A DNA stretch of 64,000 nt from Squalus acanthias (GCA_030390025.1 CM059431.1:122638001-122702000), one strand, 5' to 3'; numbered from the stretch's first letter, positions 1-13,520 are shown. The notes: a model not told the origin generated them from the sequence alone. Made by a program: numbers and translations.

Positions 1-649
1 AGGTCCATCTGATGATTTTTTTCCCCCTTCCCAGTGGAGCATTCTGTCACCAGAAAGTGCCAGCCATAAACAGGGAAAGCTTACGACGTGACACTGGCTC
101 AGACAGAATGTCTGTCAATGCTGAGTTTTCAACATGATTTCTCTGTGCTCAGCTCAGTACGTAAGAGATGTCTTGGGTCTGAAAGATCAATGAAATTTGC
201 ACAAGTTATTGTGCATTCCAATCACATTCTGAATGTACTGTAGTAACCAAAATATTAAGTCACTCTCCGGATAAGCACATCAACATTTTGTAAATAGATC
301 CCATCCCATAAATGTGTCTTTTGTATATAAATATTATTTATATGCTGCCATTTTCTGCCTGTATCTTCTTGTTCTTTGCTTGTTTGTAGTCAGAAATGGT
401 TTTTCACTTATATTTTCTTGCATTCCTACAGCCTACTGTAATTTATTACGTTAATCTTCTTAAATCTTGGGGCTATATTTTGAGGTAAATGGCATTATTT
501 TTGAGTATGACATAATTTTATAAAATAACTACCTGCAAGTGTTTGGTTATCTTCTTATCAAAGTAAATAAGCATTAACTGTAAGATGATAGCCTTAATGT
601 AGCATTTTTATACATTTAAATATTAATTACTGCAACATTTGTGCATTTA

Positions 650-1037
650 TTTTTTTAATGCATTCTCAGGATTTGGGCATCACTGGCAATGCCAGCTTTT
701 TTTGCCCATCCCTAGTTGTCCTTGAGAAGGTGATGGTGGGCCTTCTTCTTGAACCGCTGCACTCTGTGTGGAGAGGATACTCCCACTAAGCTGTTTGGTA
801 GAGAGTTCCAGGATTTTGAACCAGCCACCATGAAGGAACGGCGATATATGTCCAAGTCTGGATTATGTGTGGCGTGGAGGGGAACTTGGAGGTGATGCCA
901 TGCACTCACTGTCCTTGTGCTTCTAGGTGGTGGAGGTCACGGGTTTTGGAGATGCTGTCGAAGAAGCCTTGGCGAGTTGCTGCAGTGCATCCTGTAGATA
1001 GTACACACTATAGCCACTGTGTGTCAGTGGTGGAGGA
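650..1037 (-). mobile_element. 3' end fragment of a CR1/L2-group non-LTR retrotransposon
   Basis: ORF 712-909 ends ...RSFMVAGSKSWNSLP...FKKKAHHHLL, the WNSLP-type ORF2 C-terminus, followed by a 3' UTR ending in an A-rich tail. A more decayed + strand copy lies at ~47095-47220. Confidence 0.7.
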
Positions 1038-1508
1038 ATAAATATAATATTTATACACACATATTGTCTATTAGAATGTAGTGGTTTCTACAATCCTTTT
1101 GCAGTGCTTTTACTGAAAGTGAGTCACTGGGGATAATGAGTTGGTTTGTGACATTATCTGTTTTCAAAGGAGAAATGTGGATGTCTGTATATATTTTTAA
1201 TTTAATAAGTCCCTAGAGATGCAACTAATAAGTTTTTATTTACATAATTTATTTTACTCACGCAATTAATTTAATCAAAGATGATCATTACGTGGAGCAC
1301 AATTTCACTTTTATCAACTACTCATGCTTCTTACTGTTTTGAGTCTGAATTCAGGTGTCTGAAGTATTAAGCCTAATCAACACCTCTTAATTCTGAAAGT
1401 TAATTTGAAATGCATCTCAGAGAGGGAGAACAAGAGTATTGTCTCATTGATGTCTGTTATGAATTGTGTAAATTGGGTTTTGCTTGTTTTTTTTCCCTCA
1501 GTAACAGT

Positions 1509-1862
1509 TCTCCCCTCTCCTCTCTGAAAGTGTTGATGTCTTGTTGGAGTATGGTTCCAGCAGCAGCAGATGCCATCCTCATGTGTGAACCTTGACAATA
1601 ACTTTCACAGGGAGCAGTATAGCTGAGCCTGATCTTGCCTTTCCTCAATATCCGTACAGCTGCACCTCCAGCAGGAATCACTGGATAGCAATTAGAGGCA
1701 AGAGCTGGCTAGTCTTTTCCCTCTTGAACCCAGGAGCACCGAAACACATACAAGCATCTCAATTGCTGCCCCGCCGGAGATTCGCTAACTCAGCATGAAC
1801 CAAAGATCAAAGCCTGTACCTTTCTGGCTCAGCTATTCACTGGATTAATTCACCTAACCATT
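1509..1862 (-). mobile_element. Ancient tRNA-derived SINE, AmnSINE2-like
   Basis: Colinear with the copy at 41765-42580 (shared ...ccagcagg..actggatag..., tcctctctgaaag 3' end). Family name is from recalled consensus, not a search. Confidence 0.55.
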
Positions 1863-3087
1863 GTTGAAATTGTGAGTTTTCAATTTTAATACAAACTCCA
1901 GCAGTGAAATGTTTCTGTTTTGATAGATTTAATATTACGACCATAGAGAATAGAAATGGCTTTTTTGTGCAGTGAGGATTGAAGATGAACATTGTCAAGG
2001 CAAAGGGAGACTAAGCATTGCAATTGGGTGTCATCATACTTAACCTGGAGCTGCATGGGGCAACTGAGCTCTACCAGAAGAATACTGAGGTCCCAAAGGG
2101 TATTTGAATTGAACTATTTTCATCAGCTGAGTTTTACCAGCTTTTAACCAAGCAGATGAAGCAATATGTCACAACATCAGGCCTACCAAGCAGATTACCT
2201 TCTATCCGCTGTGGATAGGATAGGTCAGATGATGGACAAAGATTAATCTAAAGTTTAGGCCATTTTATAATCATGGCCGAGGGAGGCAAAATGGTGGTGC
2301 GAGACAGCAACAAAGACGTAATATGTGGGATTTTTTTTTTAAAAAGGCGTTAGAATTTATAAGTCAAGCAATGTGATTTGCATTGTGCATGTTACTACTT
2401 TTCCTTGTCCTTTTTCATCTGCAGATGCCACAGTCCTGGATATTTTTTCAGGCATCATTTATTAAAATCAATGAACTGTCATTGTAGATCTAAAATTGCT
2501 CGGAGTTGTTCTGTTGAGCAACGTCAGTCAGTGTACCCGGCCGACACAGCAGCATTAGGTAGCATCAGCATGCAGCATTCAGTAATGATCAATGCAATGA
2601 GCTTCTGAAAGCAAGCCTCCAGCACCTTGCATTCATCCTTTCTATTTTCAGCCTTTTTGTGAGCAAAATATCTCCAGCATTGTAATGGGGACACTGACTC
2701 CTTTTGATACATTAATAACTACGCAGCAAAACACAATACAAAATGACATTTTGCTGATGATGAATAATAATTTGTGTCAACTGTCTCTCTCCTCTTAATG
2801 GAAACATTTCTCTTGGTGCCTGGAACTGTTTTGTGAGATCCAGATTAGGAATGGAGCGAGACCTTGGGGTTAATGCTGCATGGTGCACTAAGAACATTTG
2901 GTTTCATTCTTCATTTCCCTGGATAGATTGCTGATAAGAGGTGTATATAAAGTAGCAAGCTATCTGAATCATGCAGCACCTTAAATATACAAAAGCAAAA
3001 TACTGCGGATGCTAGAAATCTGAAATAAAAACAGAAAATGCTGGAAATACTCAGCAGGTCAGGCAGCATCTGTGGAGAGAGAAACAG

Positions 3088-3124
3088 AGTAAACGTTTCA
3101 GGTCGATGACCCTTCGTCAGAACT
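3088..3124 (-). ncRNA. Minimal type I hammerhead ribozyme motif in Penelope pseudo-LTR
   Basis: Minus strand reads agtt-CTGACGA-agggtcatcgacct-GAAA-cgtt-tact. Core boxes intact, stem II ggtc/gacc, one mismatch in stem I. The right-arm copy (~4573-4609) has a mutated core, CTAACGA. Confidence 0.7.
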
Positions 3125-3525
3125 GAAAAAAGCTGGAGATGGAGCAGGTTTTTAAGCAAGTGCAGGGGCAGGGACAGGGGGGAGGGGAGGAAAGAACAAA
3201 AGGGAAGGTCTGTGATAGGATGGAAGGCAGGAGAGATTAAGAGACATTAAGAGAGTTTAAGAGATGGTGCAAGGCAAAAGGAGATGGTAATGGGACAAGT
3301 TAAGAAACAAAAGATGGCTCTAGATGAAGTTTAAATGGCACTGGCAGAATGAAAGACAGCTGCCATGTGGGAGAGAGAAAAAAAAATGGGGCAGGGGTTG
3401 GTCTGAAATTGTGAACTCTATGTTGAGTTCCCACCCCGCCTCCTGTAAGGACTCTATCCCATTCTCCCAGTTTCCCCGTCTTCGCCGCATCTGCTTCCAG
3501 CACCTTCCTTACCAGTGCTTCTGAC

Positions 3526-4272
3526 ATGTCTTCCTTTTTCCTCAACCGAGGATTCCCCTCTACTGTGGTTGACACGGCCCTTGACCGTGTCCGTTCTATT
3601 TCCCGCACTTCTGCTCTCACCCCTTCCCCTCCCTCCCGGAACCACGATAGAGTTCCCCTTGTCCTCACCTTTCACCCCACCAGCCTCCACATTCAATGGA
3701 TCATCCTCCATCATTTCTGCCACCTCCAGCGTGATCCCACCACCAAACGCTTCTTCCCCTCACCTCCCCTTTCAGCATTCCGTAGGGACCGCTCCCTCCG
3801 CAACACCCTGGTCCACTCCTCTATTACCCCCAACACCCCTTCCCCTTCACCCGTCACCTTCCCGTGCAAGCGCAGGAGATGCAACACATGCCCTTTTACC
3901 TCCACCCTTCCCACTGTCCAGGGCCCCAAACATTCCTTCCAGGTGAAACAGCGATTTACTTGTACTTCTTGCAATTTAGTATACTGTATTCGCTGCTCAC
4001 GATGCGGTCTCCTCTACAGTGGGGAGACCAAATGCAGATTGGGTGACCGCTTTGCGGAACACCTCCGTTCAGTCTGTAAGGGTGATCCCGAGCTTCCGGT
4101 CACCTGTCACTTTAATTCTCCACTCCACTTCCACTCAGATTTCACCGTCCTCAGCCTCTTACACTGTTCCAATGAAGCTCAACGTAAACTCGAGGAACAG
4201 CACCTCATCTTTCGATTAGGCACTTTACAGCCTTCTGGACTCAACATACAGTTCAACAATTTCAGACCATAA
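3526..4272 (+). pseudogene. Penelope-like ORF C-terminus: Cys-rich linker plus GIY-YIG endonuclease (RT core missing)
   Basis: FPCKRRRCNTCP linker; NLVYCIRCSRCGLLYSGETKCRLGDRFAEH (GIY-YIG motif with CxxC); PVTCHFN and PSGLN terminal motifs. Confidence 0.9.
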
Positions 4273-5554
4273 CCTCTGCCCCTATCCTTTTTCTTTTCTT
4301 TTGATATTTTTTTCTCTCTCCCACATGGCAGCTGTCTTTTATTTTGCCAGTGCCATTTACACTTCATCTAGAGCCATCTTTTGTTTCTTAACTTGTCCCA
4401 TTACCATCTCCTTTTGCCTTGCACTATCTCTTAATCTCTCTTAATGTCTCTTAATCTCTCCTGCCTTCCATCCTATCACAGACCTTACCTTTTGTTCTTT
4501 CCTCCCCTCCCCCCTTTCCCTGCCCCTGCCCCTGCACCTGTGTAAAAACCTGTTCTATCTCCAGCTTTTTCCAGTTCTAACGAAGGATCATCAATCTGAA
4601 ACATTAACTCTGTTTCTCTCTCCACAGATGCTACCTGACCTGCTGAGTATTGCCAGCATTTTCTGTTAGCACCTTAAATATCCTTGTTTTGTTTTGAGTT
4701 GTCTGTGACATCTTTCATTGAATACAGATGGCTTCTGTAGGGGGAGGAGAATTTAGAAAATAACAAGTTAGACTAACAGCAGATCATACCGTGCCACTGT
4801 GATCTCTCATGTTGAAGCTCAGGGACTTCATATGTGCATTGCTAGCTCACAGGCTCTGTGCGTTCAAGCTCCACCCACAACTGATATTTTCTAATGGACT
4901 TAGAATGGAGTTGGGAGAATATAATACTGGATTAATTCAGTACCAGTCTAATGCTCAGCAGAATTGCATCCGATAATTGAAATATTACAGGCAAAGTATG
5001 CGTAGACAGATGGATAGGGCATTATAGAGAGAACTGCCCCAGCCTCATTTAATCCTGCGGAAATAAAGAGGAATCAAAATTCTTCTCAACTCCAGCCGTA
5101 ACAAACTTTCATTATTTCCATAGATAAAGAATGTAATAAAATCCATTGATTAAATAACCATTCTGTCTCATTAGACATTTTTATATTAGAAGAATGCAGC
5201 CAACTGCAAAAGCATAGTTCTTCCTCCATCAGTTGCACTCCACAGTGTAATCTAATGATATTTAAAACCCACAAATGTCTGTGAATCTGCTGTCAGATTA
5301 CAGAGATTGGTTAAATTTTAAAAAAAATGTGGCCAAATGGCCGTTTGCATTTGGGTTCTCGGTCTCAAAAAAAAGCCCAGCACCATGACAGGGGCTGTCT
5401 TCCCGGCCATCTAATGTTAAAAGGGCAGAGCAAAGGCATGAAGGTCAATCTTCTAATACAGGATAAAAAGTCCTGTAAAATATTAAAGGATCAATTGCCA
5501 TCCATGTGCTGTTCTGCACTTTGTGCAGGATGCCTCAAGACAAAAATTAACAAT

Positions 5555-5711
5555 GGCCGAGAATTTCCTTGGGGCTTTTCCCGCTCAGCTGCTGTAACTT
5601 CACCAGAAGTCTGGTGGAAATCTCTATTTACCTGCAGAAGTGTGGTTTCCATTGCACTTCCGGCAAAGTTGCAGTGCTACAGCAGGTGTAACGCCGAGGA
5701 AATTCCTGGCC
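5555..5711. mobile_element. Short Harbinger-type MITE (157 bp)
   Basis: Imperfect TIRs GGCCGAGAATTTCCTTGG / CCGAGGAAATTCCTGGCC, AAT TSD at 5552-5554 and 5712-5714. Related copy at 44288-44433. Confidence 0.75.
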
Positions 5712-6663
5712 AATATTGCCGTAAAGTTCCATGAAGCCGGGAGCACTGAGCCGGACTTGCACCCATTGATCCTGTCCAGCCCCGACTCTGCCATAATTTT
5801 CAGGGCCATCTCAGTTAAGTACCCGTTGTCAACTTATTGAAGGAAATCCTGCGTAATATGAGAGTATTACACTTGGGGTGCTTGTAAATTAGGAGGTCGA
5901 TTCTCATCCCTTCAGTGAGTGGGCAGTGTCATTACAACAGCAGCTCAGCACTTACCATGCGGTTTGCGCCAACGTCCAGGTTGTCACCATTCTGATTGGA
6001 GCCTTGAAATGAGCAGACCAGGCATTCACGGGAAACAGACAGGAGCCTCATTAGCCCATGCTAATTGGAGGCCTGTAGCGCCAATCAGATCCCAATGCAA
6101 TTTTTGAAATACCAACAGGCGTTGGAGCGTCACTGCACATCCTCCAACCATTGGTACTTGGCACTAACCAGCGGTCCTTAAAGGGAGGCCACAAAAATTA
6201 AAATATGGGTTTGAAAATCATATTTGCAGGATCAGGGTGAGAATCAATGCTCATAGTTTACCCACAAAAATTGACCCCCGTGATGCCTGACCCTCCACGG
6301 CCCTCCCTCCAGATTGTGCACCCCTGCCCTCACCCCCACCCCGACTTTAACTTCCCTACACCGGCTGGGCTCCGTGTTGGATTCCTGCAGATTTCCTGCC
6401 CCTCCAAGAATGGCTGAAGTTAGCAGCAGCAGCCTGGGGTGCAGCATGTAAGTAGGAAAGTGTTCAGCACTGTGAGTTGACTCTTAGGTAGCTGCAATGG
6501 ATTGCTTATGTCTGGTTTTGTTACATTAGATCAAGTGGAGGACCTGGTAGAGGTACCACCAGATCTATAACTTCAGCTATCTGATGCCATCTGGGATATA
6601 TTTCTCAAATGCTATTCAAAACGTAATGACTCAACCTTTTTACAGGAGAATCTTAAACACAAT

Positions 6664-7426
6664 GGCCCAGAAATTAAACATGGATGGTTCCCGCGGGGGT
6701 AAGGATTCCCCGCGATATCGCACTCCGCGCCTACCTTTTTGTTTGGGGCCCACACAAACTTTAGTTTCAGAGCCTCTTCTTGTTGCAACCGCGCAGTGTG
6801 TGCGTATCCCATGGCGCAATTAGTTCATGCGAGCTCTGGGATCACGTGATTCAGTTAGAGCCAATGGCAGCACACCATCTTTCATTCATAGTTTTGACGG
6901 CAAGAGCTGTCAAAGCTATGAATACTACAAACCCCCAAAAGAACAGCTAAACCTCAATTAAATTTAAAAAAAAGCCATCACATTAATAAAATAAGTATAG
7001 TTAAATAAATTAACCACTTTAAACAAAAAATTACATTTTTGAAAAAATTTTAAATCTTTTTAAAAGTTATAAAAATAAACTTACCTTTCTTTAAAGTCTC
7101 TAAAAAAGATAAACCTGTTGAAAAAAATTTAAAATAACACTTAATTAACTACTTACCTTGTTAAAAGGGGGTCCTACGCCTGCTTTCTTTATGTGTAAAA
7201 TCTTCAACACTTACCTGCGCGTTCAAAGCTGAAAAAAAACCGAAGTGCACTGCGTGCGCACAACCTGTAGCGCGCACGCGGTTCACTTAGGAACCGCCCC
7301 CTTTGCAATTCACGAAGTGCCGGTTTCCCGCGCATGCGCAGTGCATGCAGGAAACCGGCAATTCGGGATCTAATACGCGAGAGTACACAGTGCGTACTCT
7401 CGCGTATTAGGTTTAATTTTCGGGCC
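6664..7426. mobile_element. Harbinger-type non-autonomous element, family A (CpG-rich ends, AT-rich core)
   Basis: TIRs GGCCCAGAAATTAAAC / GTTTAATTTTCGGGCC, with internal palindromes (TACGCGAGAGTAC...GTACTCTCGCGTA). Homologous inverted copy at 43452-44215. Confidence 0.8.
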
Positions 7427-7479
7427 ATTACCTGTGAAGGTTACTGTGAAACATAGGGGACGGGCGGGGACATATCTGA

Positions 7480-7875
7480 CATTGGAACAGGTGACCAAAC
7501 GCTTGGTCAAAGAAGTAGGTTTTAAGGAGTATTTTAAAGGATGAGAGAGAGATAGAGAGGCAAAGAGGTTTAGGGAGGGAATTACAGAGCTTTGGGCCTA
7601 GGTAGTTGAAGGCACGGGCACTAATGGTGAAGAGACTAAAATCGGGAATGCACCAGAGGCATGGAGTGAAGAGATCTCGGAGGGTTGTACGGCTAGAGGA
7701 AGTTACAGAGATAGAGAGGAGCAAGACCATGGAGGTATTTGAAAACAAGGATGAGAATTTTAAAATCGAGGCGTTGCCAGACTGGGAGCCAATATAGGTT
7801 AGCGAGCACAGGGGTGATGGGTGAGCAGGAATTGGTGCGAGTTAGGATATGGGCAGCAGAGTTTTGGATGCAGAT
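7480..7875 (-). mobile_element. L2 LINE 3' fragment
   Basis: IQNSAAHILTRTNSCSPITPVLANLYWLPVWQRLDFKIL matches the L2 ORF2 C-terminus at 32160-32300. Confidence 0.88.
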
Positions 7876-8340
7876 GTAACAGTGGTGAGGTTGGTGGGAC
7901 AGTTTAGGCTGAAGGTTACTGGCAGCACGCTGAGACAGTTGCCGAGTCCCAGCAGTAACCTTTGGTTTCATGTCCTTCTGTCGCAACCCTCTTGATCTCA
8001 CCTCCTGTGTCGCCTGCTTTCTCACTCCCACATACTACCTCAGTTATTGTCACCTGGGAGGAATTAGATAATGTAAGTGAGGATGAAGCACTGGGTATTC
8101 ACACAGCAAGAAATATATAATGGAGTGAAGAGTGGGTGAGGATGATCCACCTTTCCAACAGATGCAAAAGAGAAAGCTGACCATGGCTTAGGAGTCATGG
8201 GACTTAAAGCTCACGGATGCTCACCTGGAAAATACGATGTTCATCACACCTACATGGAGGTTCTGAGGACAGTCTCTGAGGTTGAGTGACAACTAACAGC
8301 TGTGAATGTGGACTCCATGTGGAAACTCTATAGACACTTA

Positions 8341-9235
8341 GGGGGAAAAATTCAGTATCGCCCCGCTTGGGGCGCAATTATCGGCCGGGCGCAAAGATTA
8401 GCGCCTGGCGCTAATTATCGCCTCCGACTGCAAACTTGACTTTTATCGCCCCTGGAGGTGATTGGTGCGCTAATCAAGCGCTACACATCTGTCTTAAGGC
8501 GCAAAGGCCGAGGAGCGAGGTGTTACCTCAGAGCGCTGGTGAAGCTCATGTGATGTCAGTCAGCAATGGGACACAGACACAATGGCCCCGGCCAGTTCTT
8601 AAAGGGGAGGGTTAATCTTGCTTTCTATCCACATCCTGCTTATTGCAGCCTTGAATCTCAGCCTGGAGAGACCTGTACATCAAATCTGCTGGAAAGAACA
8701 ATGGAGAGGCCCAGGGAAAGAGCTCAGAGTGCAGCCCCAACAGTCTCTTCTAAATCGATACAAGGAAGGGCAAATCAAAATGAACCTGCAAAGTGCTGCT
8801 CAGTACACAAAACTCCTTCACACAGCGTTGAATCTCTCCAGAAGTCTCTCTCTCTCTCTCTCTCAGAATGCGTGGTTCAAAAATGTAGCCAACAAAAAAA
8901 AGGCAGGAAGCGGTCGCCTTTAAATAGCGCTCCCCCAGTCCCTTCCTGACTGCAAAACGCTCCCCTGAACCTGTCGTTGCTAGTGGCAGGCGGTAAGGCA
9001 GGGGGCGCCATTCAATATCCGCTCAGGGGCGCTACCGGGGCGATGCGCACTCAACTGACGTCACGATCTGCCGGCGCAGGAAATCGTGGCGGTACTGTTT
9101 AGCACCGCCGCAAAATGTCTAGTTAATTTCGCAAGCGGCGCAAACATCGCCGCGCCCGGGCGCTAGTTGCTTTGCACCCCATTAGCGCCCTCTTAAGGCG
9201 CTAACAGGAGGCGCAACCAACTGAATTTCTCCCCC
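8341..9235 (-). mobile_element. Internally deleted non-autonomous derivative of the Harbinger family at 25089-29307
   Basis: TIRs GGGGGAAAAATTCAG / CTGAATTTCTCCCCC, TTA TSD at 8338-8340 and 9236-9238. Both ends align to the full element; retains MERPRERAQ, the Myb gene start. Confidence 0.92.
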
Positions 9236-9718
9236 TTATTCTTCATTTCTGGCATCAATGGAGTGTGTGGTAGCTACATTGGTTCTGCAGCAGTTGTCCA
9301 TCTCAGATGCAGCCAGCAACTAATTGCTGCCTCCACAGACAGCTGCATTGGTGGTAGTAGGGGAGAGATCTGATAATAACCTTTGTACCAGCTTTCAGAC
9401 TCTGGGGGCCAGGATGTTGATCACTGTCTCTCACGGCTTTTAGGATCTGATAGTGAGCCAGCTGACATGGGGAACGCAGATCCAGGGCTCAGTGGAATAG
9501 TGATGGTTGGAGTCAAACTGAATGAGGCTGCCATTTCTCAGGACAATAGCACCAGCCAGGCATCCAGCATTCCCCATCAGAGCACAACACAAGTGGCACA
9601 TTTGAGGCAACACCAAACTGCCCGGGCACAAGCGTTGCAAATGCAGCCAGATGCAACTGCTTCACAGCAACAAGCTGCCATGAGAGGAGAATAAGTTCAG
9701 GCCCATGAGCTATTTAAT

Positions 9719-11460
9719 ATAGAAATACATAGAAATTACAACACAGACATAGGCCATTTAGCCCAACCAGCCCATGTCGACATTTACCCTCTACACAAGC
9801 ACACTTACCAACCTGTTCCCATCTCCTTTCAACTCATTTTCCTTCATCTGCCTATCCAATTTAATCTTGAATGTTGACATCATTTCTGCCTCAACCACTA
9901 ACCCTGGAAGTGAATTCCGCAGCCTCACAATTCTCTGTGCAAAAAAGTTTCTCCTGCTCTCTGTTCGAAATCTCTTACATTTAATCTTGTGTCTATGGCC
10001 CCTTATTCTGGACCCCCCAGCTACAGACAACAGTTTGCTTCTATTTACCTTCGCCCATACTTTCAGAATGTTAAACACTTCTAGCATATCGCTCTCTAAT
10101 CTGTGTTGTTCTAATGAAAAAAGACCCAGTTATTCAAGTCTTTCCATGTACTTGTATTTCCTCACCAGGCAGTATCCTAGTGAATCCATGATGTTCTCTC
10201 TCTAAATCCTGAATATCCTTCCTATAGTGTCCTCCCTATATTGTGAGGCCTAATTATATACACAATACTCTAACTGAGGTTTAATTAAGGTTTTATGTAA
10301 GCTCATTATTAACTCTTGGCTTTTATATTCTATACCTCTTCCGATGAAACCTAGAAATCCATTAGCTTTTTTTATAGCCTTATCAAACTCAGGTGCTGCC
10401 CTTAATGTCCTGTGAATCTGTACCCAAATCCCTCTTCTTCCACAGCACCAAGCCTATTTCCATTCAGAGTATAATTACTGCTGTTATTTTTTTATCAAAA
10501 TGTATCACCTCACACTTACTGACATAGAATTCCACATTCCACTTTTTAATCTCTTCCCCATTTTATCAATCTCCCTCAGCAGCTTCCTTTGGTCTTCTAA
10601 AGAAATAACTATACCTCCTATTTTGGTATCAATTGCAAATTATGACACCACTCCCTCTAGGTCTATATCCAAATCATTGAAATACACAGTGAACAACAGT
10701 GGACTCAGAACTGAATACTGTGGGACATGACTACTCCCTTCCAACCACTCTGAAAAATAGCCCTTAACCTCTTCACCATGTTTTCTTCCTTCTAATCAAT
10801 TTTTAATCTAGTTTGCTATCTTCCCCCTAATTGCATACCTCTTAATATTCTCTAATAATCTTGCATATGATACCTTATCAAAAGCTTTCCTAAAATCCAT
10901 GTACACTACATCTACTGCAGTTCCCCATCTGCCATGATTGTTACCTCGTCAAAATATTCTATGAGATTTGTCAAGCATGATTGCTCCTTTTTAAATTCAT
11001 GCTGGCTATTTCTGACTATTTTCTCTTTATCTAAATATGTAGTAAGTTCATCTTTAATTAAAAACTGTCAAATCTTTCCTACACAGCTGTTAATCTAACT
11101 AGCCTATTAAGACTCGGATTACTACATTGACCACTCTCCAGTACTTTGGTGCACATCCACACTCAATGTAGCCCTGAAATATAATTTCTAGTGCCTCAGA
11201 AATGTCTTCCCTCATCTTCCTCAGGATCCTCGGATGTATTGTTGGGCCCTGGATCCTTGTCTTCCTTTACCGTAACTAACTTATCATAAATGTTCTTGTT
11301 ATCCATTATAATATCTCTCATCTCACTCTCAACCACTTCAGGATTCACATGATTTCCTGCATCTTTCTCTTTGGCAAAAGCTGTTGCAAATTACTTATTA
11401 AATATCAACATTAATTTTTGATAAGCATGTACTCCTCCTTAGATTGCACTTAAAAGAAGC
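9719..11460 (-). mobile_element. Decayed CR1 LINE 3' portion
   Basis: EVFNILK...RIRGHRHK...RRNFFAQRIVRLRNSLP C-terminal motif; RT remnants (DFRKAFDKV at ~10870-10900); ATAGAA-type tail at ~9719. Confidence 0.85.
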
Positions 11461-11939
11461 CCTAATGTACGAGAAAGAAGAGCATGCTTAGACATCCAAT
11501 GGAAGCACAGTGTGAGGAGAGAGTAGAATGGCTTAAGTTCACTTTTGTATATTGTAATAAAGGAAAATGCGCACTTACTCTATGATCGGTTATTTATAGA
11601 GATTATAGTCACTGGGGACCTTATTTTGTGCTGACTTATTCAGTCATATGAATAATACTTGTTTGGTCATGTAGCACAAAATAAGTTTGCTACGATCTCA
11701 TGTCCCAGGATGGATACAATGTTGAAGAATTTGTCATTTATTTGAAGATGGGGAGAAGAGTTACTGGTGACAAAGGTGAACTGTGTTAAACAGATGAGAA
11801 CACTCACTGATAAGCTGAGTTCTGATACCCTTTGCAGCAGTTACCCTTTGCTGCAGCAGTTACTGCACACTCCTCTGAGTGATGGCCATCCTGATGCTCG
11901 GCTCCATATTCTTCTGCCTCCCAAGCTTGTCCATATCCA

Positions 11940-13520
11940 GGCATTTTTAGATGGCAAAATTATGCAGAACATAGCAGGCTACAGTTATGTAAGACGTGTG
12001 ATTTGGAACATATTGCACTGCACCTCCTCACTTATTGAAGTAGCAAAACTGCCCCTTAAGACACAGAGGGGGAAAAATTGGGTTGCTTTGTGCCTCCCGT
12101 TAGCGCCATAAGAGGGCGCTAACAGGGCGCAAAGCAACTAGCGCCCGGGCAGGGCACCGCCCACACCTCCCGCAAAATTCAGCGCCGCTCGCACCCCAGC
12201 CACGATCTTCGGGAGCGCCCCTGACTTACCGCAGGATGCTATGTCCGACAGAGTCAGGGGGGCCTACCTGCGGCCGGGGAGGCGCTATTTAAAGGCGAGG
12301 TGCAGGGTGGCCATTTTTGTTGCTGGCCACCTGCCAGCACCTGCCTGCGTTCCCGTCCCCGGCCTCCTGAGCAGCCCCCCTCCCCCGCGGAGTGCTGGCT
12401 GCACTCCAAGAGCCCGGCACTTCTCTTGAGTGCCAGGCTCTTTTGCTGGCACTCCCGATCCCCGGGGGCCCAGCTGCGCAAGGCCCCTCCCCTTTAAGAA
12501 GGGGAGGAAGGCCTGCAATAGCTCGGCACGTAGCATCGTGATATTGACTCAGAGCGCCCCAAGTTGGTTGCGGGGCGCTTCCAGTAGCGCCCCGCTTCCC
12601 TCATGGGGAGCAACCACTCAATTTCTGGCGCGGGGGCGCTAATTTTTCCGGGGCGCTAAAAGTAGCCCCCCAGCGAAGTTAGCGCCCCAAATGAGGCGCT
12701 GCTCAATTTTTAGCCCTAGTCTTGATGACTACTTAGGTAGAACAGAGTGCCTTGCTGTAACAGTCCTCTGGTGCTGATTTTGCAACTGTTAGCAGGATCA
12801 TTATCCAAGAGAGCAGGTGGTATGTCTTGTCATCCACAAGCCACCAGTTCACATGGTTTTCTTCCTTGAAACGTTTGGGTAGGGCAGAATTTCTAAGTGT
12901 GAATGCAACTCCCAACAAATCTTGTGCTGACATGGAGAATTCTTTGTATGTTGTCATACACAATCAGGACATTCACCAAGTGGTAGTCCTTTTTGTTAAG
13001 GAAGTTGAAAGAGTTAACGTAAGAGCTGGCAAAGTTACACGGGCGCCATCTATTGCACCCTGCACTTTGGAGATATTAGCAAAGCCATAAAATTGGCTGG
13101 CCCAATCATGACTCTACTGTGCTGTGATGCCAAAGTGGTGAATTTCCTAGTTCTCTGAAAAAATAGGTTAGTTACCTGATGAATAAATTCCCAGATGGCC
13201 CTCGGTATGGTATTATACACATCCCAAATGGCTGCCTGAAATGACCCAGTGACATAAAAGTTGAGTGTGGTTGGTACCTTCTCAGGCAGAGCTGTGCAGA
13301 CAGATGACCTTGGTTGCAGGTCATCATGCAATACCCGGCACAGCTCTCCTATTGCCTCTTTTGTGAAATGTATTTGTCTAAAGCAGATCTCCTCCCTAAG
13401 GTTTTCATAGGATCTGCATAGCCTCTTGGAGGGGGTGATATCTTTGAAGAACCTATCCACCTGATATGTTGGCTCATTCTCTTTTTCTCCATTCTCTCCT
13501 GCTGCTTCTCTTCTAATATT
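11940..13520 (-). pseudogene. Old decayed Harbinger transposase, split by the element at 12068-12716
   Basis: TLNFYVTGSFQ, VQGAIDGA, WLVDDKTY and (left of the insertion) GGAVQY...CYVLHNFAI motifs in shifting frames. Confidence 0.8.
12068..12716. mobile_element. Harbinger-type non-autonomous element related to the 25089 family
   Basis: TIRs GGGGGAAAAATTG / CAATTTTTAGCCC. Subterminal GCCTCCCGTTAGCGCC..AAGAGGGCGCTAA shared with 25110-25141. TSD not cleanly preserved. Confidence 0.8.

Larger units (their letters stand above)
2989..4667 (+). mobile_element. 5'-truncated Penelope-like retroelement with inverted pseudo-LTR copy
   Basis: 14-bp TSD AGCACCTTAAATAT at 2975-2988 and 4668-4681. About 3030-3429 is the reverse complement of ~4240-4667. 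GIY-YIG ORF lies between the arms. Confidence 0.92.

Noticed and set aside
4790..4980. Possible decayed tRNA-derived SINE
   Set aside because: Only a B-box-like GTTCAAGCTCC is visible; too degenerate to support.
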